Source: Gallionellaceae bacterium (GTDB taxonomy: Bacteria; Pseudomonadota; Gammaproteobacteria; Burkholderiales; Gallionellaceae). From it: DNA of 64,000 nt. Made by a program: the position numbers and the translations under genes. Location of the stretch: positions 2,124 through 66,123 of the forward strand of contig DATDDB010000094.1 in assembly GCA_036524005.1 (NCBI GenBank). Direction: 5' to 3'. The notes beneath the pieces were generated by a model, which had not been told where the DNA came from, searched no databases, and saw nothing but the letters and a program-made list of their open reading frames with translations. How positions within the stretch are numbered: position 1 is the stretch's first letter; every line of letters starts with the position of its first letter. Shown here piece by piece: positions 1 through 9,811 of the stretch.

Positions 1-18
1 GGATTTCGCTCGTCCTGG

Positions 19-1929
19 ATGGCCCCCAGCCTGGCCATGGGCGTCCTGTTGCTGCTTGCCGCCTTCACCCAGCACTGGATCGTCAGCTATTTCGAGTCCC
101 AGATCACCAGCGAGATGAAATACCGCTCATCCGAGCTCGCCGACGGCCTGATCAACGGCATGAACATGCTGATGGTGACCGGCCAGATCAGCGACCCGGA
201 AAACCGCAAGCTGCTGCTGCGCAAAATGGCGGATTCCCGGGGCGTGGATGAGGTTCGCATCATCCGCGCCAGGCAGGTGCAGGACCAGTTCGGCCCCGGC
301 CTGCCTTCCGAACAGGCACAGGACGACCTGGACCGCCAGGCCATCGAGAGCAAGAGGCCGGTCTATTCGGTGAACCAGCTCGCGGATGGAAAGCGCCAGT
401 TCAGGGCGGTCATCCCCTTCATTGCCAGCAAGGATTTCCGCGGCACCAACTGCCTGAGCTGCCACCACGTTGAAGTGGGCAGCGTCAACGGCGCGGCCAA
501 CATCCTGCTGAACATGGATGAAGCGGATGCGAAGATCGCCCGGGCCAAGCGCTGGGTATGGACGGGCGATGCCATCCTGTTCCTGATGCTGGCCTTGATC
601 ATCATCTGGCGCAAGGTTGACCGGCGCATCCAGATTCTGGCCAATTACGACACCGTGACCGGTTTGCCCAACCGCAACCTGCTGCACGACAGGATTTCCC
701 ATGCCATTTCATATGCACGGCGCTACGACAAGATTGCGGCCGTCCTGTTCATCGACCTGGACGACTTCAAGGTCGTCAACGACAGCCTGGGCCATAACGT
801 CGGCGACAAGCTGCTCCGCGAACTGGGCAAGCGCCTGACCGGTTGTGTGCGGGAGACAGATTCCGTGGCCCGTCTGGGCGGCGACGAGTTTGTCATCCTG
901 CTCACCGGCATGGCGCACCGCGACGGCGTGGTGTTCGTTGCCGAAAAGGTGCTGGACTCGCTTTCCCGGCCCTTTTTGCTCGAAGGGCACGAAATATTCA
1001 TCTCATCCAGCATCGGCATTGCGACTTTCCCCAAGGACGGTGAGGATGAACAGACGTTGCTGAAGCATGCGGACTCTGCGATGTACCATGCCAAGGAACG
1101 CGGGAAAGGGCATTACCAGTTTTACGCCGCGGAAATGAATGAGCTGGCGCTGGAGCGCCTCTCGATGATCAATGACCTGCACCGCGCGCTGGAAAGGAAT
1201 GAATTCGTCTTGCATTACCAGCCCCAGGTCAACCTGAAGACCGGAAAAATCACCGGGGTCGAAGCGCTGGTGCGCTGGCAGCATCCGCAGAAAGGCATGG
1301 TGGCGCCCGCAAAATTCATTTCCGTGGCGGAGGAAACACGCCTGATCCTGCCGCTGGGCGAATGGGTGCTGCACCAGGCCTGCGAACAGGCGGTGAAATG
1401 GCACAAGGATGGGTACGACATCATCATTGCAGTCAATATCTCCGCCTTGCAGGTGGAAGAGCAACGCCTGGTGGAATTGGTGGACGACGCCTTGCGCACG
1501 ACCGGAATCAATCCGAAATATCTGGAACTGGAACTGACCGAAAACGTGCTGATCGAACGCTCCGACGCCATCTACCGGATTTTCCAGCAACTCAGGGAAA
1601 AAGGCGTGCGCATGGCCATTGACGATTTCGGCACCGGCTATTCGTCACTCAGCTACCTGAGCAAGCTGCCCATCGACAAGCTCAAGATCGACCGCACCTT
1701 CGTGCGCAACATCGCCGAAGATGCGGATGTTCGCTCCATCGCCGAGGCCATCATTTCCATGGCACACAGCCTGCGCCTGAAAGCCATCGCCGAAGGCGTG
1801 GAAACTCCTGAGCAAATGGAATTTTTGCGCCGCCTGAATTGCGATGAAATGCAGGGCTTCCAGTTCAGCAGGGCCATGCCTGCGGACGCGGTCAGCGCCA
1901 TGCTGGCCGACGATGCGCGCAGGCGCTGA
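19..1929 (+). CDS. Membrane-bound GGDEF-EAL c-di-GMP turnover protein with periplasmic CXXCH (heme-c type) sensor domain
   Basis: 636-aa ORF. N-terminal TM helix, CLSCH at nt 451-465, second TM helix, then RLGGDEF, EALVRW, DDFGTGYSS and QGFQFSRA motifs. The frame stays open back to nt 1, so the start may lie upstream of the window. Confidence 0.85.
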   Translation: MAPSLAMGVLLLLAAFTQHWIVSYFESQITSEMKYRSSELADGLINGMNMLMVTGQISDPENRKLLLRKMADSRGVDEVRIIRARQVQDQFGPGLPSEQAQDDLDRQAIESKRPVYSVNQLADGKRQFRAVIPFIASKDFRGTNCLSCHHVEVGSVNGAANILLNMDEADAKIARAKRWVWTGDAILFLMLALIIIWRKVDRRIQILANYDTVTGLPNRNLLHDRISHAISYARRYDKIAAVLFIDLDDFKVVNDSLGHNVGDKLLRELGKRLTGCVRETDSVARLGGDEFVILLTGMAHRDGVVFVAEKVLDSLSRPFLLEGHEIFISSSIGIATFPKDGEDEQTLLKHADSAMYHAKERGKGHYQFYAAEMNELALERLSMINDLHRALERNEFVLHYQPQVNLKTGKITGVEALVRWQHPQKGMVAPAKFISVAEETRLILPLGEWVLHQACEQAVKWHKDGYDIIIAVNISALQVEEQRLVELVDDALRTTGINPKYLELELTENVLIERSDAIYRIFQQLREKGVRMAIDDFGTGYSSLSYLSKLPIDKLKIDRTFVRNIAEDADVRSIAEAIISMAHSLRLKAIAEGVETPEQMEFLRRLNCDEMQGFQFSRAMPADAVSAMLADDARRR

Positions 1930-1970
1930 GCGGCTGAGGTAAAATCAGGGCTTTCAAACAGGAGCACGCC

Positions 1971-2357
1971 ATGTCGAGCAAACATATCATCCAGACCCCC
2001 GACGCGCCCGCCGCCATCGGCACCTATTCACAAGCTGTGCGCGTGGGCGACACGGTTTACCTTTCCGGCCAGATCGGCCTCGACCCCTCCACCATGCAGC
2101 TGGCGGACAGCACCGAGGGGCAGATCCACCGCGTGTTCCAGAATTTGCGCGCGGTGGCGCTGGCCGCTGGCGGCAGCCTGGACGACATCGTCAAGCTCAA
2201 CATCTACCTGACCGACCTGGCGCACTTCGCCAAGGTAAACGAGATCATGGCCACTTACTTCCGCCAGCCCTACCCGGCGCGCGCTGCGGTCGGCGTGGCA
2301 GCCCTGCCGCGCGGCGCGCAGGTGGAAATGGATGGCGTGCTGCACCTGCAAGACTAA
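1971..2357 (+). CDS. ridA: RidA/YjgF-family reactive enamine/imine deaminase
   Basis: 128 aa. N-terminus ([12 protein letters not shown]...[14 protein letters not shown]) and C-terminus ([21 protein letters not shown]) are typical of the RidA family. Confidence 0.9.
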   Translation: MSSKHIIQTPDAPAAIGTYSQAVRVGDTVYLSGQIGLDPSTMQLADSTEGQIHRVFQNLRAVALAAGGSLDDIVKLNIYLTDLAHFAKVNEIMATYFRQPYPARAAVGVAALPRGAQVEMDGVLHLQD

Positions 2358-2369
2358 CCGCTGCAAACC

Positions 2370-4418
2370 GTGCCTGCCTCTCCCGATGCCAGCCTGAGCA
2401 GCATCCCGAAAGCCACGCTCGCCAAGCTGGAAAAGCTCGGCGTCCGCAACCGACTCGACCTGGTGCTGCACCTGCCGCTGCGCTACGAGGACGAGACGCA
2501 GCTGGTGCCCGTCAAAGCGCTGGTTCCGGGCATCACGGCGCAGGTGGAGGGAGAGATCGTCCACAGCGAAGTGGTGTTCCGCCCGCGCCGCAGCCTGGTG
2601 TGCCAGCTGCAGGACGACAGCGGCATCCTGCACCTGCGCTTCCTGAACTTCTACCCCAGCCAGCAGAAACAGCTTGCCGTTGGAAAACGCATACGCGCGC
2701 TGGGCGAGCCGCGCATGGGCTACTATGGCATGGAGATGGTGCACCCCAAGTGCCGCAGCGCGGGCGAGAACACGCCGCTCAAGCAGGCGCTGACGCCTGT
2801 CTATCCCACCACCGCGGGCCTGCCGCAAGCCACTATCACCAAATATATCCACGCAGCGCTCAATAATCTGGAGCTGCCGGACACCCTGCCGCAGGCCGTG
2901 CTCGACCGTCTCAAGCTGCCTCCTTTCTCGGACAGCGTGCAGCTGCTGCACAACCCGCCGCCCGGGATAGACGAGGCCGCGCTGGCCGAGCGCGCCCACC
3001 CCGCCTGGCTGCGCATCAAGTTCGACGAACTGCTGGCGCAGCAGCTTTCCATGCGCGTGCATTACCGCAAGCGCCGCAGCCGCAATGCACCGCCCTTGCC
3101 CGCGCTCCAGCACCTTACCCGGCAATTGCTCGCTGCCCTGCCATTTTCACTGACCGCCGCACAGCAGAAAACCCTGCGCGAAATCAGCCATGACCTGACG
3201 CTGGCCCACCCGATGCAGCGCCTGCTGCAGGGCGATGTCGGATCGGGCAAGACCGTGGTCGCCGCACTCGCCGCCCTGCAGGCCATCGAGAACGGCTATC
3301 AGGCCGCGCTGATGTCGCCCACCGAAATCCTGGCCGAACAGCATTACCTGAAACTGCGCGACTGGCTGGAGCCGCTGGGCATCACGCCGGTGTGGCTTTC
3401 CGGCAGCCTGAAGAAGAAGGACAAGCTGGCCGCCGCGGAACGCATCGCCGCGGGCGAGACGCAGCTTGCCATCGGCACCCATGCGCTGTTCCAGGACACG
3501 GTCGAGTTCGCCAAACTGGGACTGGTTATCGTGGACGAGCAGCACAAGTTCGGCGTGCAGCAGCGCCTGGCGCTGCGCAACAAGGGGGCGGAACCGCACC
3601 AGCTGATGATGAGCGCCACGCCCATCCCGCGCACGCTGGCGATGAGCTACTACGCCGACCTGGACGTTTCGGTGATAGATGAACTGCCCCCGGGGCGCAC
3701 TCCGGTGGTCACCAAGCTGGTGAGCGACGCGCGGCGCGAGGAAGTGTTCGAGCGTGTGCGCGCCGCATGCAACGAAGGCCGCCAGGCCTACTGGGTATGC
3801 CCGCTGATCGAGGAATCAGAACTGATGGAAGTGGAATTGCAGACCGCCATCGACACCCACGCCACGCTTTCCGCCGCCTTTCCCGAGCTCAACGTCGGCC
3901 TGGTGCACGGCCGCCTGCCGCCGGCCGAAAAAGCCGCCATCATGGCGGCGTTCAAGGCGAGCACAATCAACCTGCTGGTCGCCACCACCGTGATCGAGGT
4001 CGGCGTGGACGTGCCCAATGCCAGCCTGATGGTGATAGATCACGCCGAGCGCATGGGGCTGGCGCAGCTGCACCAGCTGCGCGGGCGCGTGGGCCGGGGT
4101 GCTGCGCAGAGCCTGTGCATCCTGCTCTACCAGCAGCCGCTTTCCGAGCTGGCGCGGGCGCGCCTGAAGATCATCTTCGAGAACACCGATGGCTTCGAGA
4201 TCGCCCAGCACGACCTGCGCCTGCGCGGTCCCGGCGAGCTGCTGGGCGCGCGCCAGAGCGGCGTGCCCATGCTGCGCTTCGCCGACATCGGCGCGGATGC
4301 CGAACTGCTGAACAGCGCGCGCATCATCGCCGAAGAACTGCTGCGCGACTTTCCCGAGGCAGCGCATGCGCATCTTCAGAGATGGATGGCGAGCAAGCAC
4401 GATTTCCTGCACGCCTAA
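2370..4418 (+). CDS. recG: ATP-dependent DNA helicase RecG
   Basis: 682 aa with a GTG start. Walker A GDVGSGKT, DEQH box (IVDEQHKFG), and QLRGRVGRG in helicase motif VI. Confidence 0.93.
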   Translation: MPASPDASLSSIPKATLAKLEKLGVRNRLDLVLHLPLRYEDETQLVPVKALVPGITAQVEGEIVHSEVVFRPRRSLVCQLQDDSGILHLRFLNFYPSQQKQLAVGKRIRALGEPRMGYYGMEMVHPKCRSAGENTPLKQALTPVYPTTAGLPQATITKYIHAALNNLELPDTLPQAVLDRLKLPPFSDSVQLLHNPPPGIDEAALAERAHPAWLRIKFDELLAQQLSMRVHYRKRRSRNAPPLPALQHLTRQLLAALPFSLTAAQQKTLREISHDLTLAHPMQRLLQGDVGSGKTVVAALAALQAIENGYQAALMSPTEILAEQHYLKLRDWLEPLGITPVWLSGSLKKKDKLAAAERIAAGETQLAIGTHALFQDTVEFAKLGLVIVDEQHKFGVQQRLALRNKGAEPHQLMMSATPIPRTLAMSYYADLDVSVIDELPPGRTPVVTKLVSDARREEVFERVRAACNEGRQAYWVCPLIEESELMEVELQTAIDTHATLSAAFPELNVGLVHGRLPPAEKAAIMAAFKASTINLLVATTVIEVGVDVPNASLMVIDHAERMGLAQLHQLRGRVGRGAAQSLCILLYQQPLSELARARLKIIFENTDGFEIAQHDLRLRGPGELLGARQSGVPMLRFADIGADAELLNSARIIAEELLRDFPEAAHAHLQRWMASKHDFLHA

Positions 4419-5857
4419 CGCAGCAGCCACTTCATCAGCCACCGCTGCATCCTGCCCCCGTATGGCGGATACATCAGCCTCATGGAATTCAGCCTCCCCT
4501 TCTTGAGCACTGGCTTGGCCTTGGAAAAAGTCAGGAACCCCTCGTAGCCATGGTAGTGCCCCATGCCGGAATGTCCGATGCCGCCGAATGGCAGATCGTC
4601 CACGCCAACCTGGATCAGCGCCTCGTTGATGCACATCGAGCCGGAATGGGTGTGGAGAGTGACGCGCCGCTGCAATGCCCGGTCGTAGGTGAACAGGTAG
4701 AGCGACAGGGGGCGCGGGCGCCGGTTCACATAGTCCAGCGCCTCATCCATGCTGTCGTATGGCACGATGGGCAAGATCGGCCCGAACAGCTCCTTCTGCA
4801 TGATGGTCATGTCGTCGGTCACCTGCGTCACCAGGCGCATGGGCATGCGGTAGCTGCCGTCGCCGATCACTTCATCGCCGGCCGTTACGATGCGCGCCCC
4901 CTTCTCCGCCGCGTCCTTCAGCCAGTCCTGCAGCAGGTCATACGCCCTGGCATCCACCATGCTGGTGTAGTCCGGGTTGCCGCCGAGCGTCGGGTACATT
5001 TTCGCGAACGCCGCCTTGAATGCCTGGATGAATGCATCAACCTTGGCGCGCGGGACCAGCACATAATCCGGCGCCACGCAGGTCTGCCCGCCATTCGCCG
5101 CCTTGGCAAAGCAGATCCGGTCGATGATGTCCTGCAGCGGAACGTCGTTTGCGATGATGGCGGGCGATTTTCCGCCCAGCTCCAGTGTGACCGGGGTGAG
5201 GTTTTCCGCCGCCGCGCGCATCACTTGCTGGCCGATCGGCGTGGAACCGGTGAACAGCAAGTGGTCGAACGGCAGCGCGGAGAAGGCGGCGGCCACCTCG
5301 GCACCGCCTTCCACCACGGCCAGATGGTCCTGCGCGAAACCCTTGCCCAGCACTTCGCCGATCAGCGCAGACAGGCGCGGCGTGCGCTCCGGCATCTTGA
5401 GCATCACGCGGTTGCCCGCCGCCAGCGCCGCCGCCAGCGGCGCCATGGCCAGATTCACCGGGTAATTAAACGGCACGATGATGCCCACCACGCCCAGCGG
5501 CTGATAGACCACGCGTGCGCGGGCAGGAAAAAAATGCAGCCCGACGCCGCGGCGCTCCGGCTTCATCCAGGTGCGCAGACGCTTCTGGATGTAGCCGATG
5601 TGATGGACGCTGGTCATCACTTCGAGCGCCAGCGATTCGTCGCGCGAGCGCGCGGTGAAATCGGCGTTGATCGCAGCGGCGATGTCATCCCTGTGCGCCA
5701 GCAGCAATTCCTTGAGCCTGCGGAGGTGGCGCTTGCGCTCTTTCAGCGGTGGAAATGGCGACTGCGCATAGGCCGCGCGCTGTGCCTCGAAAACGGACTT
5801 CATGCGCGCCTGTTCCTGAGCGGCAGAGGATGGGCGTTCGGGGGAGGGATGGCTCAT
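4415..5857 (-). CDS. NAD(P)-dependent aldehyde dehydrogenase (coniferyl-aldehyde dehydrogenase-like, ALDH3 class)
   Basis: ELGGKSP and catalytic GGQTCVAPDY motifs. The track ORF begins at a TTG at 5905. I prefer the ATG at 5857 (MSHPSPE...), which follows a GGAG Shine-Dalgarno sequence. Confidence 0.85.
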   Translation of the reverse strand: MSHPSPERPSSAAQEQARMKSVFEAQRAAYAQSPFPPLKERKRHLRRLKELLLAHRDDIAAAINADFTARSRDESLALEVMTSVHHIGYIQKRLRTWMKPERRGVGLHFFPARARVVYQPLGVVGIIVPFNYPVNLAMAPLAAALAAGNRVMLKMPERTPRLSALIGEVLGKGFAQDHLAVVEGGAEVAAAFSALPFDHLLFTGSTPIGQQVMRAAAENLTPVTLELGGKSPAIIANDVPLQDIIDRICFAKAANGGQTCVAPDYVLVPRAKVDAFIQAFKAAFAKMYPTLGGNPDYTSMVDARAYDLLQDWLKDAAEKGARIVTAGDEVIGDGSYRMPMRLVTQVTDDMTIMQKELFGPILPIVPYDSMDEALDYVNRRPRPLSLYLFTYDRALQRRVTLHTHSGSMCINEALIQVGVDDLPFGGIGHSGMGHYHGYEGFLTFSKAKPVLKKGRLNSMRLMYPPYGGRMQRWLMKWLLR

Positions 5858-5960
5858 GGCTGTGCGCTCCACGGATGGCAGCAGGTTCCGGAGTACCTGA
5901 ATCAAGCCGCCAATTGATATATCATTCTCCCCCGCTCCCGGTTAGATTTCAAGCAAAGCA

Positions 5961-6824
5961 ATGAATTTGGCAGAACGGCTTTCCCTCTACATCCAGCTTA
6001 CCCGGCTGAACCGCCCCATCGGCATCCTGCTGCTGCTGTGGCCCACGCTGTGGGGCCTGTGGATCGCGGGCCACGGCCACGCACAATGGCTGATAGTCGC
6101 GATATTCGTGCTGGGCACGGTGCTGATGCGCTCCGCCGGTTGCGCGGTGAACGACTATGCCGACCGCGATTTCGACAAGCACGTCAAGCGCACCCGCGAG
6201 CGTCCCGTCACCAGCGGGCGCATTTCCCCCAGGGAAGCGCTGGGCGTGGCCGCGTGCCTGGCGCTGCTGGCCTTCTGCCTGATCTTGCCGCTGAACAACC
6301 TCACCCTGCTGCTTTCCATCCCTGCGGTGTTCCTCGCCGCAAGCTACCCCTACACCAAGCGTTTTCTCGCCATCCCCCAGGCCTATCTCGGCATCGCCTT
6401 CGGCTTCGGCATCCCCATGGCGTTTGCCGCCGTGCAGAACACCGTCCCGACTGTGGCCTGGGTGCTGCTCGCCGCCAACCTCTTCTGGTGCATCGCCTAC
6501 GACACCGAATACGCCATGGTAGACCGCGACGACGACATCCGCCTCGGCATCCATTCCTCCGCCCTGCTGTTCGGAAAGTTTGACGTGGCGGCGGTGATGG
6601 GGTGTTATGCGGCCGCCATTGCGCTGCTCGCGTATGCGGGCATGCTGGCCGGATTGGGCTGGATGTATTACGCCGGGCTGGCGGTGGCGGCAGGCATCGC
6701 GCTCTACCACTACACCCTGATCCGCACGCGCCAGCGCGAGCACTGCTTCAAGGCCTTCCTGCACAACAACTGGTTCGGCGCGGCGGTGTTCGCGGGTATC
6801 GCAGCAGGTTATATGCTGGATTGA
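5961..6824 (+). CDS. ubiA: 4-hydroxybenzoate polyprenyltransferase
   Basis: 287 aa, multi-TM, with UbiA prenyltransferase Asp-rich motifs NDYADRDFD and YAMVDRDDD. Confidence 0.92.
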   Translation: MNLAERLSLYIQLTRLNRPIGILLLLWPTLWGLWIAGHGHAQWLIVAIFVLGTVLMRSAGCAVNDYADRDFDKHVKRTRERPVTSGRISPREALGVAACLALLAFCLILPLNNLTLLLSIPAVFLAASYPYTKRFLAIPQAYLGIAFGFGIPMAFAAVQNTVPTVAWVLLAANLFWCIAYDTEYAMVDRDDDIRLGIHSSALLFGKFDVAAVMGCYAAAIALLAYAGMLAGLGWMYYAGLAVAAGIALYHYTLIRTRQREHCFKAFLHNNWFGAAVFAGIAAGYMLD

Positions 6825-6841
6825 AGCAGGCGGCGCAGCGC

Positions 6842-7351
6842 TTATACAGCCTTGCTGACCGGCAGCCGCACCTCGCTGTCCCGCATGGAATGCAGCTCGC
6901 CTTTGGACTCAAGACGCCCGCTCTGCACAAGCTTCTTTATCCGCTCCGAATAGTACATTTCGGGCACATTGGATAAATGCGGCTCCTGGCTTACCATTGC
7001 CAGCGCCACCAGCATCGCCCCTTTGCGCCAGCTATGCTTTGCGTAAGAAAGGAGCAAGTTGTCGATTTCCTGAACCTCCGAGTCGGTCAACTGCGCCACC
7101 AGCTCCCATTGTTCCAAGGGCAGCTCCGTGAGTGAGCGAGGCGCATGCTCTTCCGGTGTGCTCATCTCCAATTCCGGCTGAAGAGAATTGATTTCACGCT
7201 GGATGTGAGCGATGCTTTTCCCGGCTTCCCTGATGCCCGCGACATATTCGTCCACCGGCTTTACCGGCAGATCGCCGATTTCTTTCGCTGCCTTGTCGAG
7301 GGTTTCCAATGCAAGCAGAAGTCTGCCATTAATCGTTTCGAGCGAACCCAT
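6842..7351 (-). CDS. Hypothetical protein with coiled-coil N-terminus and DUF3658-like C-terminus
   Basis: 169-aa ORF with an AAGGA Shine-Dalgarno sequence 8 nt upstream. The C-terminal segment (WRKGAMLVALAMV...YYSERIKKLVQSGRLESKGELHSMRDSEVRL) resembles DUF3658 from memory only. GC looks lower than in the flanking genes. Confidence 0.55.
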   Translation of the reverse strand: MGSLETINGRLLLALETLDKAAKEIGDLPVKPVDEYVAGIREAGKSIAHIQREINSLQPELEMSTPEEHAPRSLTELPLEQWELVAQLTDSEVQEIDNLLLSYAKHSWRKGAMLVALAMVSQEPHLSNVPEMYYSERIKKLVQSGRLESKGELHSMRDSEVRLPVSKAV

Positions 7352-7475
7352 TTGGCATTCCTTTCGAGTCGATCAAGCGGTCGCCGCTGTTACACTGGCG
7401 TGCTGCTCCATGTCATGGAGCAGCACCCATCGCATACGATGGCGCTAAATTCTGAGCGGGCCAACCGCGCAACAC

Positions 7476-7502
7476 CAAGGTAAGCGCATCGCGCTTACCT
7501 TG
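7476..7502 (-). terminator. Putative intrinsic terminator after the CZB gene
   Basis: Perfect 12-bp stem caaggtaagcgc/gcgcttaccttg with a 3-nt loop, starting 8 nt after the stop codon. On the minus strand it is followed by a moderately U-rich ggtgttg. Confidence 0.5.
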
Positions 7503-7509
7503 CCCATAT

Positions 7510-7965
7510 TCACTCTTCGCTGTCCAGCTTCACGTACAGCTTCGCCAGCATGAGCTGCACCTCGCGCGAATGCTCGGAAAAGGGTCCGTCGACGAGCAGC
7601 TTTTCCGCCTTTTTTCTCTGGTCTGAATTGACTGCCCGAACCACATCGCCCGCCGCGATGTGGAAGGCGGCGTGTGACGCTTTCAGGCGGTGGAAATCCG
7701 GAATTTCCGAGAGGAAATTGTGCGCGTCGCCATAAATCCACTTGCCAAGCGCGCAAGCGTCATCGCGGCAGACCATGTTTTCATCGAGCTTTTCGGTCGA
7801 GGTTCCATTGACGTAATGGAACAACCTTTCCTTCCAGGCAGTATGGGCTGACACTGCCTCCGAGATATTCAGCCCCTTGATTGGTGATTGTGCAATGGCT
7901 CCGGTGAGGGGCGCCGGGTCCATGGGCCGGTTCTGTTCATGATGCCACCATTCCAATAGTCCCAT
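7510..7965 (-). CDS. Stand-alone CZB (chemoreceptor zinc-binding) domain protein
   Basis: 151 aa with a GGGAGA Shine-Dalgarno sequence. CZB signature C-x-LG-x-W (CALGKWIYG) with flanking His residues (HTAW..., HRLKASHAAFH). No TM segment, MCP domain or GGDEF domain is attached. Confidence 0.75.
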   Translation of the reverse strand: MGLLEWWHHEQNRPMDPAPLTGAIAQSPIKGLNISEAVSAHTAWKERLFHYVNGTSTEKLDENMVCRDDACALGKWIYGDAHNFLSEIPDFHRLKASHAAFHIAAGDVVRAVNSDQRKKAEKLLVDGPFSEHSREVQLMLAKLYVKLDSEE

Positions 7966-8180
7966 GATATTTCTCCCAATGTTTAGTCCAGCAACTGAAA
8001 CGATTGAGAAACACTACTGCGAATATGTTTTATAGCACAAATCCCGTACTGACTCAATGGTTTTTAATCCGCATACAGAGATTTGCTGTTGATTCGATTA
8101 GAGAAATGCCTCAACGGAGGGCTTTTTGGGGCGGAATAGCCAAGGGGCATAAACTGTCCGCAATTGACTATCGCATGTGA

Positions 8181-9098
8181 CTACTTCACCCAGTCCCTAG
8201 GCACGAGATACTTGTCGTACAGCTCCGCCTCGGGCGTGCCCTTTTCCGGGTGCCAGTCGTAGCGCCATTTCACCAGCGGCGGCATGGAGAGCAGGATGGA
8301 TTCGGTGCGGCCGTTGGATTGCAGGCCGAAGATGGTACCGCGGTCTATCACCAGGTTGAACTCGACGTAGCGTCCGCGCCGGTAGAGCTGGAAGTCGCGC
8401 TCACGCTCGCCGTAGGGCGTGTCCTTGCGCTTCTCCAGGATGGGCACGTAGGCCGAGAGGTAATGGTCGCCCACGCTTTGCTGGATGGCGAAGCAGGTGT
8501 CGAAATCGGGCTCGCTCAAATCGTCGAAAAAGATGCCGCCCACGCCGCGCGGTTCGTTGCGGTGCTTGAGGAAGAAATATTCGTCGCACCATTTCTTGAA
8601 TTTGGCGTGCAGCGCGGGGTCGAAGGCGGCGAGCGAATTCTTGCACACCTGGTGGAAATGCACGGCGTCTTCCTCGAAGCCGTAGTAGGGAGTGAGGTCC
8701 ATGCCGCCACCGAACCAGAACACCGTGCCGCCATCCGGCTTCTTCGCCATGAACATGCGCACGTTGGCGTGCGAGGTGGGGGCATACGGATTGCGCGGGT
8801 GCATCACCAGCGACACGCCCATCGCCTCCCAGCTGCAGCCCGCCAGCTCGGGGCGGTGCGCGGTGGCGGAGACGGGCATCTTGTCGCCCTGCACATGCGA
8901 GAAAGCCACGCCGCCGCGCTCCAGCACATTGCCCTCCTCGATGATGCAGCTGATGCCTTCGCCCTTGCCGATGCCGCCGCTGCCTGTGGCACGCTCCCAC
9001 TTGTCGCGCAGGAATTTCTTTCCGTCCACCTGCTCCAGACGTTCGACGACGAGTTCCTGCAGTTCGAGCAGGTATTCTTTTACGGCAGCGCTATCCAT
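8181..9098 (-). CDS. hemF: Oxygen-dependent coproporphyrinogen III oxidase
   Basis: 305 aa with conserved HemF blocks ([34 protein letters not shown]). Confidence 0.93.
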   Translation of the reverse strand: MDSAAVKEYLLELQELVVERLEQVDGKKFLRDKWERATGSGGIGKGEGISCIIEEGNVLERGGVAFSHVQGDKMPVSATAHRPELAGCSWEAMGVSLVMHPRNPYAPTSHANVRMFMAKKPDGGTVFWFGGGMDLTPYYGFEEDAVHFHQVCKNSLAAFDPALHAKFKKWCDEYFFLKHRNEPRGVGGIFFDDLSEPDFDTCFAIQQSVGDHYLSAYVPILEKRKDTPYGERERDFQLYRRGRYVEFNLVIDRGTIFGLQSNGRTESILLSMPPLVKWRYDWHPEKGTPEAELYDKYLVPRDWVK

Positions 9099-9121
9099 TA
9101 TTCCCTCTGTGTGATTGCAGT

Positions 9122-9679
9122 TTATTGGCGAACAATTCTACCATCCGCCCATGCGCGTATGGTCGAAGGCCGCTTGCGCCGACCCACCCTGCCCGGCAGC
9201 ACCAGCACACAGCGTCCGAAGCGCCTGCTGCATTCGGCATAGGTGCGCGCGGGCTTGTGCCCCCCGATATTGGCACTGGTGGAAACCAGCGCCATGTCCA
9301 ATGCCCGGCACAGGCTGGCTGCGGCCGGATGGGCGGTGATGCGCACCGCCAGCGTGGCGTGCGCGCCGCGCAGCCAGCGCGGGCAGGAAGACCTGGCGGG
9401 CATCAGGTAAGTGACAGCCTGCGCGCCCTGATCTTTCAAAATAGTTTGCTCGGCGGGAGTGAGCGGCTGGATGAAGCGCGCCACCTGGCGGTAATCGGAG
9501 GCAATCAGGATCAGCCCCTTGCGCTGCGGGCGCTGCTTGAGCTTCAGCACGCGCAGCACGGCATTGCGGTTGAGCGGGTCGCAGCCGAAGCCGTAGCAGG
9601 ATTCGGTGGGATAGGCGATCACCCCGCCACTATGGAGATGTGCGGTGAGCCGTCGGATTGGATATGGCTTATTTTGCAC
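9122..9679 (-). CDS. tsaC: L-threonylcarbamoyladenylate synthase type 1 (YrdC/TsaC)
   Basis: 185 aa with the YrdC-domain motif [13 protein letters not shown] and KGLILIA. Confidence 0.85.
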   Translation of the reverse strand: MQNKPYPIRRLTAHLHSGGVIAYPTESCYGFGCDPLNRNAVLRVLKLKQRPQRKGLILIASDYRQVARFIQPLTPAEQTILKDQGAQAVTYLMPARSSCPRWLRGAHATLAVRITAHPAAASLCRALDMALVSTSANIGGHKPARTYAECSRRFGRCVLVLPGRVGRRKRPSTIRAWADGRIVRQ

Positions 9680-9691
9680 TCACGCCCCTGG

Positions 9692-9811
9692 AAAAATTCA
9701 AACTTCTAAGCCAGACTAGGCGTGCGAGCAAAATCGCAGCGCCGCATATGCGGGATATGCAAGCAAGATTTTGCGAGCGCAACGACGTATGGCGACGAAG
9801 TTTGAGTTTTT
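9692..9811 (-). repeat. ~120-nt foldback/REP-like element starting at the purD stop codon
   Basis: Terminal inverted arms aaaaattcaaacttc (9692-9706) and gaagtttgagttttt (9797-9811) match at 14 of 15 positions. Internal palindrome ccgcatatgcgg. Shares the strings gcaagcaag and ttgcgagc with the 11115-11237 element. Confidence 0.6.

Noticed and set aside
3767-5917. 716-aa plus-strand ORF overlapping recG out of frame and antisense to the aldehyde dehydrogenase gene
   Set aside because: The translation is Arg/Ala/Gly-rich and domain-free, and real genes with clear motifs occupy both regions. It is a typical GC-rich shadow ORF.
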